From Candidatus Sericytochromatia bacterium (GTDB taxonomy: Bacteria; Cyanobacteriota; Sericytochromatia; S15B-MN24; JAQBPE01), in the NCBI GenBank assembly GCA_040400605.1, contig JBBAPZ010000025.1:5382-29965 (forward strand): a DNA stretch of 24,584 bases, written 5' to 3'. Position numbers and translations under genes: made by a program. This document shows, in pieces, positions 1-8,069 of this stretch. Under the pieces are notes generated by a model. The model made no database searches. It was not told the DNA's origin and was given only the letters and a program-made list of their open reading frames with translations. Positions within the stretch are counted from its first letter, which is position 1. Each line of letters begins with the position of its first letter.

Positions 1-84
1 GACAAGCTCATCTGCCTTAAGAACAACTGGAACGAAGCCTCGACCGACTTATCGCTACTCATCAACGGATGTCTGGCGAGCTAA
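1..84 (+). CDS. 3' end of an unidentified CDS, truncated by the window edge
   Basis: Frame 1 is open from base 1 to TAA at 82-84 (DKLICLKNNWNEASTDLSLLINGCLAS*) with many C-ending codons, and a terminator-like hairpin follows. No family recognised. Confidence 0.3.
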   Translation, partial: DKLICLKNNWNEASTDLSLLINGCLAS

Positions 85-88
85 TGAC

Positions 89-130
89 AAAAAAAGAAGC
101 CGGCTCCAAATTCTGGAAACCGACTTCTTT
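89..130 (-). terminator. Intrinsic terminator of the tRNA pair, possibly bidirectional
   Basis: Minus strand reads AAAGAAGTCGGTTTCCA-GAATT-TGGAGCCGGCTTC followed by a T run, just 3' of tRNA-Arg. G-U pairs favour the minus-strand fold. Confidence 0.8.
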
Positions 131-135
131 ACTAG

Positions 136-209
136 CGCGCCCGTCAGGACTTGAACCTGAGACCTTCTGATTCGTAGTCAGACGCTCTATCCAACTGAGC
201 TACGGGCGC
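136..209 (-). tRNA. tRNA-Arg(ACG), CCA not encoded
   Basis: Reverse complement GCGCCCGTAGCTCAGTTGGATAGAGCGTCTGACTACGAATCAGAAGGTCTCAGGTTCAAGTCCTGACGGGCGCG folds as a cloverleaf with anticodon ACG and T-loop TTCAAGT. Confidence 0.97.
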
Positions 210-210
210 C

Positions 211-304
211 TGGCGGAGAGGGCGGGATTTGAACCCGCGGTACGAGTTTAAGCCCGCACAACTTCTTAGCAGGAAGCCGCTTTCGACCACTCAGCCACCT
301 CTCC
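211..304 (-). tRNA. tRNA-Ser(GCT)
   Basis: Reverse complement GGAGAGGTGGCTGAGTGGTCGAAAGCGGCTTCCTGCTAAGAAG...GGTTCAAATCCCGCCCTCTCCGCCA has a long variable arm, anticodon GCT and encoded CCA. Confidence 0.97.
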
Positions 305-316
305 AAGAACTGTTTA

Positions 317-346
317 ACAATACCATCAGCCATTTGTTCCGGTCAA
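317..346 (-). promoter_or_regulatory. Putative sigma70 promoter of the tRNA pair
   Basis: Minus strand TTGACC-18 nt-TATTGT with an extended -10 TG, ending 12 nt before tRNA-Ser. Confidence 0.6.
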
Positions 347-452
347 GTGTATCCTGATAATCTAGCCAACAGGCGATCGCCTGATCCCCTCTGCTTGGAT
401 CACGTGAAGCGCGCATCAGGGTATCGCGCGATGATGGAGGAGAAAAACAACC

Positions 453-1184
453 ATGACGCATCTAACTGGAAAAGGTGGTTCACTGACTTGGCTCGGCCAC
501 TCGACCTTTCTGGTTGGCACCCCAGCAGGGCAAACCTTGCTGATTGACCCCTGGGTCGACCAAAACCCGGTATGCCCGGATGCATTCAAAAATCTGTCCC
601 ACTTGGATGGCATGCTAATTACGCACGGGCATTTCGATCACATCGCGGACGCCGTTCCCATCGCCAACCGCACCAAGTGCCCCGTCATCGGTATCTTCGA
701 ACTCTGCCACTGGCTCAACCGCCAGGGCGTGACGAACACCAACGCCATGAACAAAGGCGGCACCACTACCCTGGCCGGCGTCAGCATCACGATGGTTGGT
801 GCCGACCACTCCTGCGGCATTCTCGAAGCCGACGGCACCATCAGCTACGGTGGCGAAGCAGTCGGCTACATCCTGCGCTTCGACAACGGCTTCAGCCTCT
901 ACCACGCCGGTGACACCAACGTGTTTGGCGACATGGCCCTCATCGCAGAACTTTATCGCCCCAGCTTAGCACTTTTACCCATCGGCGGTCACTTTGTCAT
1001 GGGACCTGTCGAAGCGGCCAAGGCCGTTGAATTGCTGCAAGTCAAACAAGTCATCCCCATGCACTATGGTACTTTCCCCGTGCTGGCAGGTACCCCCGAC
1101 GCACTCGCGCAACGGGTACAACCCTTAGGGTGTACGGTGATCACCCCCGCGATTGGTCAAACCATCCAGTTCGCAAGCACGTAG
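453..1184 (+). CDS. Metal-dependent hydrolase, MBL fold (UPF0173/YtkL-like)
   Basis: Motifs WLGHS, LIDPW, THGHFDH, YHAGDT, LLPIGG and IPMHYGTFP. GGAGGAG Shine-Dalgarno upstream. Confidence 0.92.
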   Translation: MTHLTGKGGSLTWLGHSTFLVGTPAGQTLLIDPWVDQNPVCPDAFKNLSHLDGMLITHGHFDHIADAVPIANRTKCPVIGIFELCHWLNRQGVTNTNAMNKGGTTTLAGVSITMVGADHSCGILEADGTISYGGEAVGYILRFDNGFSLYHAGDTNVFGDMALIAELYRPSLALLPIGGHFVMGPVEAAKAVELLQVKQVIPMHYGTFPVLAGTPDALAQRVQPLGCTVITPAIGQTIQFAST

Positions 1185-1227
1185 GACCGTTGTTTGACAC
1201 GGCGTAAAAAAACCAGGAAGTACTTGA

Positions 1228-1410
1228 AACAACCTGTAGGTGCTTGGTTCAGGGAACCTTGCCTGCAAGTTGATGCCACAACCTGGTTTTAGGATTGCTC
1301 GCCGCGTAGTGAGAAAGCCCGAAAGACCAACCGCGATACGTAAACGGAGTGATTGGTGATCAGGTTTTTGCTGTTCTTTGGTCAAGACTGGCCGAGTGCC
1401 TGAGGTTGTT
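1228..1410 (+). ncRNA. ssrS: Probable 6S RNA
   Basis: About 183-nt rod. AACAACCT..AGGTGCTTGGT pairs with GCCGAGTGCCT..AGGTTGTT; CTTGCC pairs with GGTCAAG; a central bubble contains GATGCCAC; inner stems AACCTGGT/ATCAGGTT and GATTGCTC/GAGTGATT. Exact TTGACA at 1194-1199 upstream. Recognised by eye, not by covariance model. Confidence 0.8.
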
Positions 1411-1465
1411 GCGTTTGCTACGGAAGTCATGGGCAGGAATCCAGGTGTCACGTTATAACGGCCGC

Positions 1466-1981
1466 TCAGGACTTTGCGATGGACTCCTCATGCGTTCGGT
1501 GGAACCCCGTCGTGTCGAGCAAGGTTTGCAACAAACCGTCACAGGCGTCTTCGACGATGTCAAGCACCCGTTCAAAGTCTTCAGGACCCCCGTAATAAGG
1601 GTCTGGTACGTGATTGGCCACCTGGGACACGCAAAATTCGGTGAACAGTCGCACTTTGTGCTGCCCGGAAGCAGGACAGATCGCCTGAATGTGGGCCAGG
1701 TTGTTTTGGTCCATCACCAGGATGTGATCCGCCCAGTCAAAATCCGCTTCAGCCACAGGGCGTGCGCGGAGGTCCGACAAGTCATAGCCCCGCATGGCCG
1801 CGTGTTTGATGGTGCGTGCGTCCGGTGCGCTGCCCGTGTGGTAAGCGTGCGTCGCCGCGGAGTCGATGACGATAACTGAATCTAACCCCCTCGCTGCCAC
1901 GCGATCGCGCAACACACCGTGCGCGGTCGGCGACCGGCAAATGTTTCCCATACAGACAAACAGGACACTTTGCTTAAGCAT
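1466..1981 (-). CDS. Low-molecular-weight protein-tyrosine phosphatase
   Basis: P-loop VCMGNICRSP, plus DSAAT and DPYYG motifs. Confidence 0.95.
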   Translation of the reverse strand: MLKQSVLFVCMGNICRSPTAHGVLRDRVAARGLDSVIVIDSAATHAYHTGSAPDARTIKHAAMRGYDLSDLRARPVAEADFDWADHILVMDQNNLAHIQAICPASGQHKVRLFTEFCVSQVANHVPDPYYGGPEDFERVLDIVEDACDGLLQTLLDTTGFHRTHEESIAKS

Positions 1982-2058
1982 TTAACCATTATCCCTGACT
2001 TCTGATTCGACGCACGACCAAAAATTTGAAACAAACCAGTCTGGGCGGGGCTGTCTTA

Positions 2059-2952
2059 CTAATTTGAGAGCGACTTGATGAATTGCCGATCTCGCTTCCG
2101 CTCCTCTTGCTCATCTCTCGCACGTGCAGCTGGCGCTTCCTTTTCGTACAGCTTGGTTGAAACCTTATTGCCGTAAGCCCGCAGACGGTCAATATCTCCT
2201 TGGATTTTATCGAAGTATCCGTCAATGACGGCAATTTGCTCCCGTTCGAGATCCCTTCCTTTAAAACTAGCAAACAAATCGCGATGATAATCAGTCTCCG
2301 CATTTTTCTTCAGTCGTTTCAGAACCAATCGCTCCTGGTCTGATGGCCCACCCACGCTATCCGGGATCATATTGATGATCGTTTCTGCCTGAGATATGTC
2401 ACGAGATAAACCAAGGGCCTTGTAAAAAGGCGTCAACGTCATCTGACTTGGCCAAGATCTTTTGACAAAATTGCCATTGGGATGTGAGATGGTTTCTTTT
2501 TGAGTGAAGTGTTCGCTCAGATCACGACACAGCTTCGCCGCCTCATCATGTGATCGAATTCGCTTGGTGAGCTTGTCAATTGCCGCATTACGTGCTTGCG
2601 GCCATCCTCTGCGATCCGCTTCCATTGCGAGCTTCAACAGTTTCTCACGCGATGCGATCTGCGGGATTACTGTTTGGACAATCTCTGAATCTGCACGGTT
2701 CAACAATTCTACACGTGCTTCGATCTCAGCCGTTCCCGCCGCCTGTTTCGACAGGATCAGCGCTTTCTTCAGGGCTGATTCGACATCATTACCAGGTTTT
2801 GACGCAGGTTGATTCCCGTTTAGGGCCAGTTGGTCCCCACCCATTGTCGCGTTTGATACCCCTGGCATTACCACTCGACGCGAAGGCTGCGGCACACTGC
2901 CGCCCACGGTTGTAACCTGAACACGTTGGGGATCGATATTTAAACCTGCCAT
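2059..2952 (-). CDS. Hypothetical protein (297 aa) with low-complexity N-terminus and helical, charged body
   Basis: Long ORF. Start moved to the ATG at 2952 (MAGLNIDPQ), which has GAGGG upstream. No family motif recognised. Confidence 0.75.
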   Translation of the reverse strand: MAGLNIDPQRVQVTTVGGSVPQPSRRVVMPGVSNATMGGDQLALNGNQPASKPGNDVESALKKALILSKQAAGTAEIEARVELLNRADSEIVQTVIPQIASREKLLKLAMEADRRGWPQARNAAIDKLTKRIRSHDEAAKLCRDLSEHFTQKETISHPNGNFVKRSWPSQMTLTPFYKALGLSRDISQAETIINMIPDSVGGPSDQERLVLKRLKKNAETDYHRDLFASFKGRDLEREQIAVIDGYFDKIQGDIDRLRAYGNKVSTKLYEKEAPAARARDEQEERKRDRQFIKSLSN

Positions 2953-3439
2953 TTCGGGGTCCCTCACGAACACGACCACTGCGCCTACAGGATCCTTACC
3001 CAGAATCTGCCCGAAAAAAGCGACATTGCAAAAAACCGGGCCAATTATCAATTGTTAAAATGCCCGGAGCAAAACGGCAGGGTGATACATCACAGCACGC
3101 GCGTAACCGTGTAGCACCAAGCGCCACGGACCACATCCCGGATGGCAAACAGCACAGATATGATGGACTAACGCCGCCATCGGCCAGTAGTTTGCGCTTG
3201 TTGATCCACACTTGCGCACGCGCAACCGACCTATACCAAACCCGCCGTTAACCAAAATCACCAAAACCGTCGAAAGGAAATACCCGCCCGTTTTACCCAG
3301 CAGACTTCTTCGTCTCAAACTGACCCCCTGGCAAGGTGGCAGTTGACTGTTTACGCACCAGATAAAAAGTTTTTGAGTCAAGCGACGAAAATAACAGCTT
3401 TCATACCTTTCGGGTACTTTCTGTTGCGGCCTCGCACGC

Positions 3440-3512
3440 AAAAACTGATGAGTGACAGCAGACGAAACCGCCTTTAATCACCACGATGGCGGTTTCGTCT
3501 AATGACTCATCA
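3440..3512 (-). terminator. Long hairpin, probable ppa terminator
   Basis: TGATGAGT..AGACGAAACCGCC / 15-nt loop / GGCGGTTTCGTCT..ACTCATCA, followed by GTTTTT on the minus strand, about 50 nt after the ppa stop. Confidence 0.6.
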
Positions 3513-3564
3513 AGAGCGGATGATTCGTTCTAAACAAGCCCCGCAAAATCAAACAGAATAAGCG

Positions 3565-4101
3565 CTAGCGGCGCGAGGCAGCCACTTGCCCGCGATAAGA
3601 CTCCGCACACTGCATAATATATGCCTTGGCATCCGCTGCACCAATCCAACCCTCAACGGTCGGCTGCGCGCCCTCAAGATCCTTGTAAGTTGCAAAAAAA
3701 TGCTCAATCTCACGCAACTTCAACGCGGGCACGTGCGTCAATTCCGTCACTTCGGCACAGCGCCTGTCATCCACAGGCACCGCCAGTACCTTAAAATCTT
3801 CACCCTTGTCATCCATCTTCAACAATCCCACCGGGCGCACCGACACCACACACCCGCTAAACGTCGGCTCGTCCATCAAAACCAGAACATCTACCGGATC
3901 CCCATCACCAGCCAACGTGCGAGGCAAGAAGCCGTAATCGGTCGTGTACATCATCGCCGTGCTCAACACGCGATCCAGCTTGAAAGCCCCCAACTTGGCA
4001 TCGTACTCATACTTGTTGCGACTGCCCTTTGGAATCTCAATGACCGCATTGACCGCCTCAGGCGCACCGGCTCCCAACGGCAACCCATAAAAATCAATCA
4101 C
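3565..4101 (-). CDS. ppa: Inorganic pyrophosphatase, family I
   Basis: Motifs EIPKGSRNKYEYD, YGFLPRT, DGDPVDVLV and HFFATYKDLE. GTG start at 4101 with GGGGAG upstream; the longer ORF extension is probably non-coding. Confidence 0.95.
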   Translation of the reverse strand: MIDFYGLPLGAGAPEAVNAVIEIPKGSRNKYEYDAKLGAFKLDRVLSTAMMYTTDYGFLPRTLAGDGDPVDVLVLMDEPTFSGCVVSVRPVGLLKMDDKGEDFKVLAVPVDDRRCAEVTELTHVPALKLREIEHFFATYKDLEGAQPTVEGWIGAADAKAYIMQCAESYRGQVAASRR

Positions 4102-4136
4102 ACGCCACTCCCCTCGACAACTCAGCCAAATAGGCA

Positions 4137-4145
4137 AGTATAGCA
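4137..4145 (-). promoter_or_regulatory. Putative extended -10 promoter of ppa
   Basis: TGcTATACT on the minus strand, about 35 nt before the GTG start. Confidence 0.55.
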
Positions 4146-4576
4146 CTGAACCTACCAGCGTACCACATGCGAAGTGCCTACAACGCGTACTCAAAACCAT
4201 GTGCCGACGACTGCCTGCCCTGGTGCGCACCCGCAAGCCGCAAACCGGCTGCTTGCTCGGCCCGCAGCCAGCCATTTCAGGGCCACCTGCGGGACTGTTC
4301 GCGTTTTCATCCTTAAGCGGAATAATCCCAAAGGCTGACCCGTGATTGGCCTGGAACGCCCAACTGAGGGATTGTGAGCACATGCCTGTCACAAATGCGG
4401 CGGCTCCCTTGGTCATCGCCGCCACGTTCACCAGCTTGTTATCACGAAGCCGGTTCGCTTCCTTTGGTATTCAGAAATGTTGCTCCAAACCAGAATTCCA
4501 CCCGTGAGGGTTACCGTGTTGCCGTCACGTCAGGAGATGACTTGGTCACTGCCGCTAACAGACGAGACCACCTTGG

Positions 4577-4605
4577 TTGAAGCTTTATTAAATTTAATTT
4601 AAAAT
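4577..4605 (+). promoter_or_regulatory. Putative sigma70 promoter of the subtilase
   Basis: TTGAAG-17 nt-TAAAAT in an AT-rich patch. The spacer contains the palindrome ATTAAATTTAAT. Confidence 0.6.
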
Positions 4606-4625
4606 AGAATTATGATTTGGTTTCA

Positions 4626-5882
4626 ATGAAAGGGTGGCATAGGGTGGCGTACAAGCTGGGTCATTGGGGTTTGGGGTTGACCATGGTGATGATGGCGGGT
4701 GTGGCTGCTTGTTCGCAGCAGACGCCTCAGGTGTCCCAGGTTCGGACGCAAGGTTGGCGTGCAACGGCGAGTCATTTTGATACAGCGGGGGTTTCTAGGC
4801 GTTATCGGGTGGTACGTTTGAAGAAGGGTGCCCAGTTGCCTGCTGTGTGGTCCCAAGGTGGGATGCGCGTGGTTGATTCGATCAAGTCGCTTGGTGTGTC
4901 GGTGGTGGACCTCGGCGACGCCTCGGTGATGGGGGCGAACAGTCTGAATTTGTCAGCCAATGCAGCGGTGCTTTGGTCCCATCCGTTGTCGGAAGTCAAA
5001 GTAGAGAAGATGGTGTCTGATCCAATGGTGCCCAAGCAGACCCACTTGCGCTTGATCAAGGCGTTTGAGGCGTGGGATGTGACCATGGGATTTGCGTCAG
5101 TGCCTTTGGCGATTGTTGACACGGGTATCTCAACGACGCATCCAGAGTTTGCGGGCAAGATTCACCCGGCGGCGTACAACGTGTTGGATGATAACCGGTC
5201 ACCTGACGATGACTATGGCCACGGGAACCATTGTGCAGGCATCGCGGGGGCGATGGCAGACAATGGCATCGGCGTGGCAGGCGTGGCTCCTGCAGTCAGC
5301 CTGATGCCAGTCAAGGTGATGGATTCCAAGGGGCGGGGGGATGACGCGACGATCGCCAAGGGCATTGTGTATGCAGCGGACAACGGCGCCAAGGTCATCT
5401 CGATGAGTTTCGGCTTGTATCGACGATCACCCGTCGTGGAAGACGCTCTCCAATATGCACTCGACCGCGATATCGTGCTGGTCGCCTCAGCCGGAAACGA
5501 TAACAAGCGCAACGACCCAGACCGTGCACCGCACCTGCCATCGACGCACCCGGGCGTCATCGAGGTAGCCGCGACCACCGATGCGGATCGCAAAGCCCGT
5601 TTTTCCAACTACGGCGCCACCGTCTCCGTCGCGGCACCCGGCGAACGCATCCTCTCAACCTATCGCGAAAAATTCGGCAGTTACGGTGTGTTCACCGGCA
5701 CTTCCATGGCCACCCCCCAAGTCGCGGCCCTCGCCAGCATGATTCGTGGGCTGCACCCTGACTGGAACCAGGCACGCGTCAAGGCACACATCGAGGCGAC
5801 AGCGGATGACCTCGGCAAAGCCGGCAAAGACGAGCAATTCGGCGCAGGACGTATCAACTGCGCTCGCGCGGTCGCTCGCTAG
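4626..5882 (+). CDS. S8 family serine peptidase (subtilase), probable lipoprotein with propeptide
   Basis: Catalytic motifs IVDTG, HGNHCAG and GTSMATP, oxyanion motif SAGND. Signal peptide with lipobox-like VAAC. Confidence 0.93.
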   Translation: MKGWHRVAYKLGHWGLGLTMVMMAGVAACSQQTPQVSQVRTQGWRATASHFDTAGVSRRYRVVRLKKGAQLPAVWSQGGMRVVDSIKSLGVSVVDLGDASVMGANSLNLSANAAVLWSHPLSEVKVEKMVSDPMVPKQTHLRLIKAFEAWDVTMGFASVPLAIVDTGISTTHPEFAGKIHPAAYNVLDDNRSPDDDYGHGNHCAGIAGAMADNGIGVAGVAPAVSLMPVKVMDSKGRGDDATIAKGIVYAADNGAKVISMSFGLYRRSPVVEDALQYALDRDIVLVASAGNDNKRNDPDRAPHLPSTHPGVIEVAATTDADRKARFSNYGATVSVAAPGERILSTYREKFGSYGVFTGTSMATPQVAALASMIRGLHPDWNQARVKAHIEATADDLGKAGKDEQFGAGRINCARAVAR

Positions 5883-5906
5883 AATTCTGCTTGGATAAAC
5901 GCCACT

Positions 5907-5932
5907 GGGTCATCCGGAATTCCGGATGACCC
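5907..5932. terminator. Perfect 26-bp palindrome between convergent genes
   Basis: GGGTCATCCGGAATTCCGGATGACCC is its own reverse complement and lies between the subtilase and spoVS stop codons. No U-tract. Confidence 0.55.
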
Positions 5933-5954
5933 GCTTCAAAGGCCTGACCCCCCC

Positions 5955-6245
5955 CTAGCGTGGCTCGATGATGAAGCGAATGGCGGTGCGCTCCTCACCG
6001 TTGACCTCGATATCCAGAAATGCCGGAATCGTGACCAGGTTGATACCTGCGGGCGCCACATAACCGCGGGCGATGCCGATGGCCTTCACCGTCTGGTTAA
6101 CTGCTCCCGCCCCGATTGCTTGCACCTCGCAGTGCCCCGATTCGCGGATCACCCCCGCGATGGCACCTGCCACAGCGGCTGGATTGGATTGTGAACATAC
6201 CCGAAGCAATGTGCTTCGGGTCGCATTTGGTTTGTTCGATAGCAC
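5955..6245 (-). CDS. spoVS: Stage V sporulation protein S family (Alba-like fold)
   Basis: LRVCSQSNPAAVAGAIAG, QAIGAGAVNQTVKAIGIARG and EERTAIRF match SpoVS. GTG start at 6245 after GAGGAGG. Confidence 0.93.
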   Translation of the reverse strand: MLSNKPNATRSTLLRVCSQSNPAAVAGAIAGVIRESGHCEVQAIGAGAVNQTVKAIGIARGYVAPAGINLVTIPAFLDIEVNGEERTAIRFIIEPR

Positions 6246-6416
6246 CTGATGCCCCTCCTCTTGCGGCTGAGGTCGGCTCAATGCTCTTCACTGAGCGTCT
6301 TCGGCTTTCACGATCGCTATCATAGCCCGAGGCCCAATCGATGTATCGGTTCAGCGTGACCAATTTTTCTCATTGCCACTGGCAGGAACCACCAACCCGA
6401 CCACACTGAACCACAC

Positions 6417-7253
6417 CTAGCCAGACACCCGTTGATACAACCCCAACACATCGTCTCGTCTAACCACACCATCCTCGTGCAACAATGCCAAATGGGCATC
6501 AATCTGTTGTAACGCGACAGCACCCAAACCATGACCGAGCGCCGGATAAAGACGAGCCAGACAATCGTATGGGCTCAACCACTCCTCACCCAGCACATCC
6601 AACAGTTGCGCCTCACGCATGCGACGATGGCGGATATAACTCTCGACATACAATGCAGCCCCCTCAACAGGCTCACCATGACCTGGCAGAATCCGAATCG
6701 GAGACAACTCGCGAATCAATTGCAAACTCGCGAGATACTGCCGCATATCACCATCTGGTCGCGCGATGACCACCGTATTCCCCTGGTTAATCAAATCCCC
6801 CGACAGCAACAAACCATCCAAACTGCGATAAAAGCACAGGTGATCACTCGCATGTCCCGGCGTATGCAACACCTGATAACTGCTGTCATCAACCGTTATC
6901 GCATCCCCATGCTTCGCTGCCCGTGCAGGCTTGGGCAGGTCGTCCACCGGGTACACCTGATTGGGGCTGTGCCAAGCCAATAAAGGTGCCCCAGTCGCCG
7001 CACAAAGCGCGCCCACGTTGCCCGCGTGGTCCGGATGCGCATGTGTCAGCCACACGGCAGCCAAACGTGCTTGCCACGTTCGAAGAACCGACAGGATTAA
7101 CGCGACAAAATTGGCGTCGGCCGATCCGGGGTCGACAACCACCACATCACGCTGGCCCAACAGATAAGTGTTGGTTCCGCTCCCGGTCATCAACCCCGCA
7201 TTGGGCGCACGAAGCAACGATACCCCCGGCGCGACAGGCCGCAACTCCGACAC
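6417..7253 (-). CDS. MBL-fold metallo-hydrolase, LACTB2-like
   Basis: Motifs APNAGLMTGSGTNTYL, THAHPDH, TPGHASDH, LSGD, LPGHG and YIRHRRMRE, with a C-terminal helical extension. Confidence 0.9.
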   Translation of the reverse strand: MSELRPVAPGVSLLRAPNAGLMTGSGTNTYLLGQRDVVVVDPGSADANFVALILSVLRTWQARLAAVWLTHAHPDHAGNVGALCAATGAPLLAWHSPNQVYPVDDLPKPARAAKHGDAITVDDSSYQVLHTPGHASDHLCFYRSLDGLLLSGDLINQGNTVVIARPDGDMRQYLASLQLIRELSPIRILPGHGEPVEGAALYVESYIRHRRMREAQLLDVLGEEWLSPYDCLARLYPALGHGLGAVALQQIDAHLALLHEDGVVRRDDVLGLYQRVSG

Positions 7254-7255
7254 GT

Positions 7256-8065
7256 TTACGGTGCCTCAAATGCGGCTGATGGCGCATCCTCATAATGCGC
7301 ATCACCCGGCAACACAAAATGTGTCACACCGGCAACGGTTACAATTCGTGGCTGACAAGGCACCACGTCAAGCGCCATACACGCATCCAGACACCGCTGC
7401 ACGTCTTGAAAACCGCTCAGAAATTGCAAGGTTTTCTGCGTTGGAAAAAGCATTGGCATGTCACCACGAGCATGCGCCGCAAGCGCCTCATTCGGCGTGA
7501 TCCACCGCCCTTCCACCAGTTCCTGACCACAAGCGCTGGCAACCTGTCGCTCAGGCGCCCGTGCGACAAAAAAACGGGTGTTGAAACGCTTGGGAACGCC
7601 CTCAGGCGTGATCCAGTGCGCAAAATACACCAACGCATCGCACCGCAGGCGCAAATCCTCCGCCACCAGGATGTCACCCCAATCCAATGACCCATCAAGC
7701 AAATTCAGCCGATGCCGCTGTAAACGCGCCTGAAAACCATCCGAAGCCCAGTCCGGTTCGCCCCGCTCCTGCCCCGCAAACAAAATACCCGACTCTTCAA
7801 AGGTCTCACGCAACGCCGCACACCAATGTCCCAACGCATGTTCCGGGGCCAGGGACATGCGCGCGGCCGCCTCATGAAGCGTCACCCCCTGACAACGCGA
7901 CAACAAACCCAAATCCGTGTCATCGTCATCCAGGGAACCACCCGGGAAAACATAACTGCCCCCCATAAAACGGCTGTCCGGGTGGCGCTTTAATAAAAAG
8001 ACCTCAAAGCGTCCATGCGTGTCACGCAACAATGCCACCGTAGCCGCATCACGAAGCACACTCAC
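7256..8065 (-). CDS. NUDIX hydrolase, NUDT19-like with split Nudix box
   Basis: AATVALLRD, YVFPGG followed by an insertion then AALRETFEESG, and HWITP..RFNTRFF. GTG start at 8065, 4 nt after the upstream stop. Confidence 0.88.
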   Translation of the reverse strand: MSVLRDAATVALLRDTHGRFEVFLLKRHPDSRFMGGSYVFPGGSLDDDDTDLGLLSRCQGVTLHEAAARMSLAPEHALGHWCAALRETFEESGILFAGQERGEPDWASDGFQARLQRHRLNLLDGSLDWGDILVAEDLRLRCDALVYFAHWITPEGVPKRFNTRFFVARAPERQVASACGQELVEGRWITPNEALAAHARGDMPMLFPTQKTLQFLSGFQDVQRCLDACMALDVVPCQPRIVTVAGVTHFVLPGDAHYEDAPSAAFEAP

Positions 8066-8069
8066 CGCT

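Noticed and set aside
1..135. Integrated element boundary at the tRNA-Arg 3' end
   Set aside because: No integrase or duplicated tRNA fragment is visible, and a normal terminator follows the tRNA.
3391..3430. c-di-GMP-I-like GAAA hairpin on the minus strand
   Set aside because: Lacks the GGCAAA and GACGCAAA conserved segments and the second stem.
2996..3441. Short ORFs in the gap between orphan 1 and ppa
   Set aside because: Non-ATG starts, no Shine-Dalgarno, Cys/Arg-rich non-protein-like composition.
4372..4394. TTGTGA...TCACAA inverted repeat resembling a CRP or Rex site
   Set aside because: The spacer between TGTGA and TCACA is 11 nt rather than 6. It may be chance.
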